A DNA stretch of 64,000 nt from a virus (taxonomy: Duplodnaviria; Caudoviricetes): the IMG/VR virus record IMGVR_UViG_3300031993_000015; one strand, given 5' to 3'. Made by a program: the position numbers and the translations under genes. The notes below the pieces were generated by a model. That model was not told the DNA's origin and did not search any database. It worked only from the letters and a program-made list of their open reading frames with translations. Below, one piece after another: positions 57,701 to 64,000 of this stretch. How positions within the stretch are numbered: position 1 is the first letter of the stretch; each line of letters opens with the position of its first letter.

Positions 57701-59987
57701 TGAGATTTCAGCCGGCAGCACCCTGAACAACCTCCGTGTCCAGAACAACAATAATACGCAGAGGACCCGTATCATGCAGTTCTACGGCGGTACGGACGGC
57801 ATTCAGGTCAACAACGCCATTATCACGGGAAACACGAACACCAATAACTCCGCCGGACATATCAGCGCTGCAGGCATCGTCTACTTCACAGGCAGCACGA
57901 TTGCCAATAACGTTGGTAACAGTGGATACGGTCTATATTTCACTAGCGGCAGCCGTATCTACTTCGATAATGTCACATACGGCGATGGCAGTCCGTACTG
58001 CGAGAGCAACGTAACGCTCACAATCACCGGCAATCTGAATCTGGTTAGTGCAGGCAGTCTGTTCGCTACTTACATCTATGTCAAGAGCGGCGCTGTCATT
58101 ACTACAAAAGATAACACCAAGGCAGCCAATGCGTTTGTTCTGGGGCATACGATATCCTCGGTTCTTCCGTCTCTGGAGGACAATGTGTCAATCGTTTATG
58201 CTTCCGGTACGACGGCCACGGTCGATGCAATGGAGTTTGGGTATATCACGAAAGACGGCACACTGATGGAAAACGTCGGGCGTCCGCTCAGAATCACCGG
58301 TTCTACCGTGGATACCTGGACGGCATCCAAGGCGATCTTCGGTACACCAGTTGACGGCAGCGAGGCCGCTACGGTCAAGCTGTCCGGCTCCACACTGACT
58401 GGAACTTCCACGCTGACTACAAGACGCATCCAGCTCCCGGCCAGTACCACGATCAACATTGCCGGAAACAGCAATGTTGCCAACACCAAGATCCTACAGG
58501 CTGGTCTGATCGTCGTTGGCAACGATCCCGCCAGCCCCAGCGGCAGCGCTTCCGTCGTGACCGCGACCGGTACCACTGCCTACTCCGGCATCGGCACCTA
58601 CATCGACAAGGAAGGTGACAGCGACTTCGTTGCCGCCAACAAGGTCGTTTCTGTCAGCACGGATGCGGCATTTGCCACGGCTCTTACGGCGACCACAGGA
58701 TCCGACGGAACCAACCGGTTCATCGAGGTTCCTGCGGGCAGTGCTATTACAGCGGCATATGCGGATACCACAGCGGCTGTGAACAAGAACGTAATGACAG
58801 CGGACTTCGAGCCTGTTATCGGCGGCACGTGGTCTATGGTTACAGGGGACGCCCGTGTAGACTCCGAGACCGTATCCCAGACGCCAAGCCTGACGATAAC
58901 CGGTACGACGGCCACGTGGACCGGAGTTCTCCAGTTTACAGGCAACTGTGTTGTATCTGGTGTTATGGATGGTCGTTATCAGAACTGGATCGATATGACC
59001 AGCGGTGCCTCAATTACAGGCGGCACATTTGCGAACATGGGTATCATAAGCCACCAATATGGCGGCTTCCATCCTACCACAAACACAACGCTGCGAAATG
59101 TTACGATTACGAACGATAGCTATGTGCAGGGCTATGGTTATATTGGCAGACTTTACTATGCTTCTAACGTGCTGTATGATAACTGCCGCTTCCTGAATGC
59201 GTATGATGGCGGTTGCCCATTCTATATCAGTAATGGTCATCCGACATTCAAGGACTGCTACTTCTCGGCGAACGCCAATATCCATATGCAGAACGCTAAT
59301 AATAGCGTTGTTTTCAGTAGCACAAACAAGTTCCTTGCGGCACTTTTCCCGATCTGGGATGGAAGTGGTGAGTCTGGAACTGTAACGTTGGCGGACAACA
59401 GCGTGCTCGATATACGCGATAACGCCCACAGCACGGTCCTTAAACAGCCAGGCGGCATCATTTTCGGCAACAACGTCAAGATCTTCTATAACAGTAATGG
59501 TACCACCGTGTTGCGCACGGCTACCATCAGCGGTGCTACTGTTACATCTGTAAGCAATACAGGCACGCTTGGTACCACGAGCAACATCAACGGCAGCTTC
59601 AGTAGCTTGACACTTACGTTCACAGATTCCCTTGTTTATGTGAACTCCATAACCCTGGCGAGTGTCACGCTGTCCGGCGGATGGATCTTTCTGAATGATA
59701 ACGCCACGATGAACCTGTCTGGTAACAATGATGTATCTCACAGCATCACTTACTCAGACGGTGGCACAGGCAACAAGGTGACGTTTGCTGCAAATACTAC
59801 CCTGCGTATCAGGACAGCGAACAGCAACTGGGACTGGGTTGTCAAGACAAATGACCTTACCATCGGAGCGAACTGCAAGATTATCCTGCCGAGCGGTTCC
59901 ACTGTCAGTCTGAATGGCGGCGTTGCCGGACACTGGACAACGGCGCAGATCAAGACAGATGGTACGATTACAGGTACCCCGGCCTAA
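54795..59987 (+). CDS. large tail fibre / receptor-binding protein with beta-helix regions, 1730 aa
   Basis: Thr/Gly/Ser/Asn-rich; fibre-type motifs ATPEEIRGG..IVTAEQL and ASVEDIVGG..TITPRAL; pectin-lyase-like repeats (FYNCLF, IQNCWFHDN, FKDCYF). Confidence 0.7.
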   Translation: MATQTYMTAKLNLADGTIVYPQISLDNIVKSISDPTLVTVATLDGSSKVSINNLPVTTSVTDSNSTVPTNGAVYGALNTKQNTLVEGDNIIHIIGGSTIMADITNLDVAGIDQTATNGVYLVLDGNTISAAADLAATNAAGVIAGGNNSVAITNGVIQGATPEEIRGGTGSIVTAEQLQVALYEGWKTEDILDPTIHKSTFNGCCYELDPVNNEIICGGTVGSEGAFMTFDFWQPVRYLSTINAKWIVTCEVWNNTPAVPINLGIGEGGSIITGVPTRTSSSGTWERLAIAVDTTTQLERYYLRWQTANTTAGTVCSWKIRNVAFINANALNSRAKWAEIVNNPGELYKSGAGIRINCDTIGVDEASVEDIVGGDAIGNKTITPRALQGAFSAGKAVDVTCTPYNNYGTLVNIIAGVVQTSITDPKGTLQWSTTSALANQVKIGFYDTSTHAFPAYAESSPGVGLYYLLFADIKNTGTTNLWITTGGTDTAGSAYGQPRFLAPGKSGRFVMLFHTKDSAYFQLTTPAAGSQIEITNMREYEVNGCSDAARAYIGSLPNPDDFNAYYAVGTEEVNPWIPIINMKSSPSTTIASGLDYKLLANDGATHTLTVDTCPTGYYGRDAHMSLFVGATDKIQVEAPLVLMQPLTANAVNNCTIKFRDGEARMYVDDTAYGYTVILTSGTDNGSLNYGIWNSTAEYITFSAVTDGQDVLIDSGTISRNMNVLGNGPENTKITGGTVKFYQCSPTFNNLTVSARFQDYAYSQNPYGWSPQFYNCLFVDVNGITTSEGSGSGISLGYLTARMYDCEITGCTSYIFAKSPFAGLYIQNCWFHDNSIVSRIAIGRNCTVKGSTFSDACNGIWMEITGGTMTDCVFPTTGTAVRALEVGTKGYYASTTLVSGSTFGQNRNIAVWNGGTDATTGVVNESYLKFSGTNYIDSTIDGSGRVSTQAFSTTNFGEHFSINLSTLKIFEISAGSTLNNLRVQNNNNTQRTRIMQFYGGTDGIQVNNAIITGNTNTNNSAGHISAAGIVYFTGSTIANNVGNSGYGLYFTSGSRIYFDNVTYGDGSPYCESNVTLTITGNLNLVSAGSLFATYIYVKSGAVITTKDNTKAANAFVLGHTISSVLPSLEDNVSIVYASGTTATVDAMEFGYITKDGTLMENVGRPLRITGSTVDTWTASKAIFGTPVDGSEAATVKLSGSTLTGTSTLTTRRIQLPASTTINIAGNSNVANTKILQAGLIVVGNDPASPSGSASVVTATGTTAYSGIGTYIDKEGDSDFVAANKVVSVSTDAAFATALTATTGSDGTNRFIEVPAGSAITAAYADTTAAVNKNVMTADFEPVIGGTWSMVTGDARVDSETVSQTPSLTITGTTATWTGVLQFTGNCVVSGVMDGRYQNWIDMTSGASITGGTFANMGIISHQYGGFHPTTNTTLRNVTITNDSYVQGYGYIGRLYYASNVLYDNCRFLNAYDGGCPFYISNGHPTFKDCYFSANANIHMQNANNSVVFSSTNKFLAALFPIWDGSGESGTVTLADNSVLDIRDNAHSTVLKQPGGIIFGNNVKIFYNSNGTTVLRTATISGATVTSVSNTGTLGTTSNINGSFSSLTLTFTDSLVYVNSITLASVTLSGGWIFLNDNATMNLSGNNDVSHSITYSDGGTGNKVTFAANTTLRIRTANSNWDWVVKTNDLTIGANCKIILPSGSTVSLNGGVAGHWTTAQIKTDGTITGTPA

Positions 59988-60004
59988 CAGCAACAAGAAT
60001 AACC

Positions 60005-60040
60005 AGCCCCTCCTGCCCCAGTGGTAGCGAGGGGCTTTTT
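60005..60040 (+). terminator. intrinsic terminator
   Basis: AGCCCCTC/GAGGGGCT hairpin followed by TTTT. Confidence 0.7.
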
Positions 60041-60088
60041 CATGCCCGTATTGTAAGACAACCCACCAACCACAAAGGAGCAGCCACC

Positions 60089-60310
60089 ATGTCCACCGTT
60101 GTCACTGTCTTACTCTGTCTCGCCGCCGTCAGCCTTTTGCCTGCACTTGTCACTGGTGTGCTCGCTTGGTGCCAGGAGATCCTCAGATTGGTATGCGATG
60201 TCATCGAGGAGCGCAGCGCGGACGCTGTATTAGCCTGTTCTATATACATGGCGATCAGCCTGGGCCTTATGGCGCTGATTGTGCATCTTGGGATCAAGTA
60301 TCTGGTGTAA
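60089..60310 (+). CDS. small 2-TM membrane protein
   Basis: AAGGAG RBS; hydrophobic segments. Confidence 0.65.
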   Translation: MSTVVTVLLCLAAVSLLPALVTGVLAWCQEILRLVCDVIEERSADAVLACSIYMAISLGLMALIVHLGIKYLV

Positions 60311-60322
60311 GGAGAAGGCATT

Positions 60323-60670
60323 ATGTCACGTTTCAAGAGAGTTATCATACGAGGCGAGCAAGCCATAAATGCCTTCCAGCGGTTCTACGCAGACTGGAAA
60401 GCAGAATGGGAAGGCGATCATGCTGCCCGTGATATGAACGCACCTTTGCGATCTATTGACAACATACCGCCGTATGATCTCAGCATCGAGGATGCCAGTA
60501 CACCTGGTAAGCTGGTTGTCTGCCTGAGTATGACAATATGGTCACTGAGCAATACCGTTGATATGTTCGTGCAGAATATGATTGACCACGGCATTCTCAA
60601 CTACGAGTTTGACCTGAAGTCTGTAATTCCAGCCAAGCCTGATCCAGTAGTACATGCGAGGTTCAAATGA
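60323..60670 (+). CDS. hypothetical protein
   Basis: AAGGAG RBS. Confidence 0.65.
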   Translation: MSRFKRVIIRGEQAINAFQRFYADWKAEWEGDHAARDMNAPLRSIDNIPPYDLSIEDASTPGKLVVCLSMTIWSLSNTVDMFVQNMIDHGILNYEFDLKSVIPAKPDPVVHARFK

Positions 60671-61095
60671 CCCACGCAGAACTCGTCCAAGCCGCTGTTG
60701 CCCAGCTCAAGCGCTGGCGCTGCCTGCCGATCATCTCGGAGATGCACTGCGCCAACACCTACGGCGAGATCCCGGACGCCATCGGATGGCTGTCCAGGGC
60801 GTCTATCCTGATCGAGTGCAAGACCTCCAGAGCAGACTTCCTGCGGGACCGCGAGAAGCTCTTTCGGCAGGAACCTGCGTTTGGTATGGGCGACATCCGA
60901 CTGTACTTCACCAATCCAGGCGTGATCTGGAATGACTTGCCGGAGGGCTGGGGTCACTACGTGGTCTTCGACGGCAAGCCCAAGTACATGTCCGGCCTGC
61001 GCTACAGCAATGCCTGTAAGATCCCGTTCCAGGGTAACAAGCGTGAGGAGATGTACCTCATGCGTTCCTATATCAGACGAAAGGAGTCCGTATGA
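60667..61095 (+). CDS. PD-(D/E)XK nuclease-fold protein (MmcB-like)
   Basis: EIPDAIG...IECKTSRADFLRD..K. Confidence 0.65.
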   Translation: MTHAELVQAAVAQLKRWRCLPIISEMHCANTYGEIPDAIGWLSRASILIECKTSRADFLRDREKLFRQEPAFGMGDIRLYFTNPGVIWNDLPEGWGHYVVFDGKPKYMSGLRYSNACKIPFQGNKREEMYLMRSYIRRKESV

Positions 61096-61487
61096 AACCC
61101 GACACAGTTCAAGTCAATCGCACCTACTGGACCATCATGACGAACCAGTACGGTGACAGCACCACAGCCGATAGCATCCTGCTGGCGCCTGTGTTTGTGC
61201 TCTACATCGAGCCTGACATGGGGCCCGGAGAGTCTGGTCACATGTGCGCCTGCGCCATGCTGGACTGCAAGGGCAACATTCCGTGCCCGATGCCGATCCG
61301 CAAGGTGCGTGAGGCGTTCCTGTATGAGGACTTCGACGAAGCCTGGGACATGCTGCACAAGGACATGCAGGACGGTCTGAAGGCGCTTGACAAGATGCGG
61401 GCGGATGCGCAGGCTGAAGGTTACGATCTGGACAAGAAGGACCACCTCCTGCTTATCCAGCTGAACTCACTGGAGAAGAAGCCATGA
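61092..61487 (+). CDS. hypothetical protein, related to the SH3-like family
   Basis: QVNRTYWTI...LYEDFDEA followed by coiled coil. Confidence 0.6.
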   Translation: MKPDTVQVNRTYWTIMTNQYGDSTTADSILLAPVFVLYIEPDMGPGESGHMCACAMLDCKGNIPCPMPIRKVREAFLYEDFDEAWDMLHKDMQDGLKALDKMRADAQAEGYDLDKKDHLLLIQLNSLEKKP

Positions 61488-61696
61488 GTGAAGGTACGAT
61501 GATCCTGCTGATGCTCATCGGGTGTCTGTCACTGGGAGCTATTATGGCGTACCTGGATGAGAAGTACCCGCTTGCATTCAATCTCACCATGTGCTTTATC
61601 CTGTTCACCATACTGCTCTATGTTTGCATCAAGAAGTATGACCAAGCATGTGCCAGACTGGAGAAGTCGCAGCAGACCCAGGAGGTGCAGCCGTGA
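61484..61696 (+). CDS. small 2-TM membrane protein
   Basis: Hydrophobic segments; ATGA coupling. Confidence 0.65.
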   Translation: MSEGTMILLMLIGCLSLGAIMAYLDEKYPLAFNLTMCFILFTILLYVCIKKYDQACARLEKSQQTQEVQP

Positions 61697-61905
61697 CCAC
61701 AGTGTTCGTTCTTTTAGGCTTTGGCTGTCTGTTCCTGTTGCCAGTTGCAATCATGCTGGTGCTTGGCTTTGTACATCTCCTGGAGGACGTCGCCAAGGGC
61801 TACATCGACGAGTGCAACGAGCTGGCTCTTGCGCTGGTCAGCATAGCCGGCGTTATCTGCCTGATCGCTGCACTGATCCTGTATCACCAGGGAGGCACAC
61901 CATGA
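61693..61905 (+). CDS. small 2-TM membrane protein
   Basis: GGAGG RBS, GTG start. Confidence 0.6.
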   Translation: MTTVFVLLGFGCLFLLPVAIMLVLGFVHLLEDVAKGYIDECNELALALVSIAGVICLIAALILYHQGGTP

Positions 61906-62129
61906 GCACCATCAGCATCATCCTGTTCACCATTGCGGGCACCCTGTTCATTCCAGGTCTCGTTTCTGTCCTTATTGCTGGCGCAATTCAGGTGTACAAG
62001 CTATTGGATCGGTTCGGTGAACATGGCTTTGCATGGGCTGTTATCGGTCTGTGGGCTGCTGTGGTCTTTATCCTGTTCATGCTGGGGTTCTGCTGGATGG
62101 ACGGCTTTCCTGAGATTCATCCGCACTGA
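61902..62129 (+). CDS. small 2-TM membrane protein
   Basis: GGAGG RBS; similar layout to 60089 and 61693. Confidence 0.6.
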   Translation: MSTISIILFTIAGTLFIPGLVSVLIAGAIQVYKLLDRFGEHGFAWAVIGLWAAVVFILFMLGFCWMDGFPEIHPH

Positions 62130-62172
62130 CGCAACGGCTTTTGTAAACAACAATCTCCATAGGAGGACTACT

Positions 62173-62604
62173 ATGAAATACTACAACTGGCATGGCCAGA
62201 TCTACAAGAACAATCCGCCCGATCCACTGTACACTGACGACGGCCGCTCCATTTCGCCAGTCGATGATGCGACCTTCGAGGCCGAAGGCGGCGTCATCAC
62301 CACGGACGAGAAGCCGACTCCTGAGCAGGAAGCGCATGCTGCCTGGAAGCAGTTCCGCAAGGCGGTCTATGCCCTTCAGGCTTTCCTACATGATCCGACA
62401 TTCATGGGCAGTTTTGATGAGGATGACAAGGTGAGGGAGTCTCCTTATACCAAGGCAGACAAGCTGACAGCGCTTGAGCTTACGGAGGAATGGCATGGTG
62501 CCAACGATAAGGCTGTATATCGCTCTAAGCTGATTGGTCTCGGTCAGCCAGACTGGTACTTCGAGTGCTGGAAGCACACGGACGAGGACGATCCGGAGGA
62601 ATAA
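62173..62604 (+). CDS. hypothetical protein
   Basis: AGGAGG RBS. Confidence 0.7.
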   Translation: MKYYNWHGQIYKNNPPDPLYTDDGRSISPVDDATFEAEGGVITTDEKPTPEQEAHAAWKQFRKAVYALQAFLHDPTFMGSFDEDDKVRESPYTKADKLTALELTEEWHGANDKAVYRSKLIGLGQPDWYFECWKHTDEDDPEE

Positions 62605-62607
62605 GCC

Positions 62608-63681
62608 ATGAACGTCCGGACAGTACAGCACAGCATGCTGAAGTGTGCGGCTATGACATACGGCGGTACTGCACCTGCTGGTACCGGTTCGTGGCGAAAC
62701 ATATTCAGGCCGCCGACACAGCCGCAGTGGAACCCGATGGGACAGGTACCTGGAGCTGTAAGGCGCTGGTTTGACAGTGTCGGCAAGCCCCAGGGCCAGT
62801 CCGGTTCTTATTTCGGTGGTTCATGGCAGAACAACCCGGTCCGCAACATCCAGGGTGATAATCAGTCCTGGCGCAGAGGCTTCCAGTCTCCGGTTACATC
62901 TGTCAGAGACATACAGGCGGATAACCAGACATGGCAACGCAAACCCTGGTTACGGCAGCAGCCGTCCATAAGGGACATGCAGGCTGACAATCAGACATGG
63001 CAGCGCAGACCCTGGGCAAACAATATCAACACAACGGCTCTGTTCCGGAAGCAGGCCGGGCTCTTCGGCAATACAATGGTCGGGCGCTGGATCACGGACA
63101 CGATGGGTCCGCACACGTTCGTGTCTGATGCGCTCGGTGCATCACCACTGGACATGATCGACTACCAGGCGCAGAAAGAGCTTGGCTGGCACAAGCCGAC
63201 TGGTGGCAGCCCTAACGACACCTACGGCCAGGAATACGCAAGGGCGCAGCAGCGTCTGGACGAAGGTCTTGCAAAGGCACAGCAGCGCCAGGCAGAGGCT
63301 CGCCAGAAACAGCTGGCGCAACAGCAGGCCCAGGCTTCGCGCAACAACGAGCGCCTGATGGCGGACTACATGGCCGGCAACAATCAGCAGCTCGCAAAAC
63401 AGAACCAGCGTGCGGCGCAGGGTCGGGCGATCACCAACAAGCAGCTGACGGATGCGAGAGGCATGGCACAGCTGAAGGTGGATGCTACCAGGCGCAACAT
63501 CGCAGGCATGCAGCAGGAGTTCGACCGCCAGGACGCCGTGAACCGCAATGTGCAAGGCATGGCCCGTGCTTTCATGCAGAGCGGCCAGGCACCGTTCGTA
63601 CAGCCTTCGCAGAGAACGCCGCAGCAGGTCGCGATGGACACCAAGTACAAGGAACTGTACGGTGGAACAAGGCCGGCCTGA
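62608..63681 (+). CDS. Gln/Arg-rich low-complexity protein with internal repeats
   Basis: Three copies of (V/I)R(N/D)xQ(G/A)DNQ(S/T)WxR; Q/A-rich helical region. Confidence 0.7.
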   Translation: MNVRTVQHSMLKCAAMTYGGTAPAGTGSWRNIFRPPTQPQWNPMGQVPGAVRRWFDSVGKPQGQSGSYFGGSWQNNPVRNIQGDNQSWRRGFQSPVTSVRDIQADNQTWQRKPWLRQQPSIRDMQADNQTWQRRPWANNINTTALFRKQAGLFGNTMVGRWITDTMGPHTFVSDALGASPLDMIDYQAQKELGWHKPTGGSPNDTYGQEYARAQQRLDEGLAKAQQRQAEARQKQLAQQQAQASRNNERLMADYMAGNNQQLAKQNQRAAQGRAITNKQLTDARGMAQLKVDATRRNIAGMQQEFDRQDAVNRNVQGMARAFMQSGQAPFVQPSQRTPQQVAMDTKYKELYGGTRPA

Positions 63682-63702
63682 TCCGCAGCACACCGCAAGA
63701 AC

Positions 63703-63730
63703 AGCCCCTGCAACCCAGGGGCTTTATTTT
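63703..63730 (+). terminator. intrinsic terminator
   Basis: AGCCCCTG/CAGGGGCT hairpin followed by TTATTTT. Confidence 0.65.
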
Positions 63731-63760
63731 ATATAGTGGAACAACAAAGGAGAACGCGAC

Positions 63761-64000
63761 ATGTCCTGGAAGAACACAACGGCTGGCAAAGAGTTTGATT
63801 TGGATGATCCACACTTTACGACCCCCATGTCAGTCATATCGGGGCTGGCCAGCGGTCTATGTGAGCGGAAGGCGGCTGTGGATGCGACTTTCAATACGCA
63901 GAGCTGGGGCGCCAATCAGACTGGGCAGCAGAAGCTGAACACGCAGTCTGCAACGGTATCCAACATGGCTGCCAATATTGCGATTACGCACAGCACGACT
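63761..64000 (+). CDS. hypothetical protein, 3'-truncated by the window
   Basis: AAGGAG RBS; frame open to the window end. Confidence 0.6.
   Translation, partial: MSWKNTTAGKEFDLDDPHFTTPMSVISGLASGLCERKAAVDATFNTQSWGANQTGQQKLNTQSATVSNMAANIAITHSTT

Overview
The window looks like part of a large (probably jumbo) dsDNA bacteriophage genome. Genes are tightly packed and almost all on the + strand, and no housekeeping operons, rRNA, tRNA or CRISPR array are visible. Positions 1-18.3 kb form a replication/recombination module: the C-terminus of an SF2 helicase, a DnaB-like helicase, a TOPRIM primase, a family A DNA polymerase split by a group I intron (5681-6879) that carries an HNH endonuclease, a probable SSB, a RecA/UvsX-like ATPase, a degenerate DnaQ-like protein, a stand-alone retron-type reverse transcriptase and an NAD-dependent ligase. 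Directly downstream (18.3-23.0 kb) is an apparently complete ubiquitin-like conjugation cassette: E2-like, JAB peptidase, ThiF/E1 and two Ubl precursor genes, each with a masked C-terminal Gly. RusA, ThyX and a sigma-70 factor follow. Positions 35-51 kb are an accessory region of small paralogous genes (Zn ribbons, SH3-like proteins, AIDA-like beta-helices, a patatin, a DUF2829/Tad2-like fusion), with a CTGACA motif repeated at gene junctions and a candidate structured ncRNA at about 48.83-49.01 kb. The right end holds a triple GT8 glycosyltransferase, a 1730-aa tail-fibre-like protein and small membrane proteins. All family calls come from motif recognition by eye; no database searches were run.
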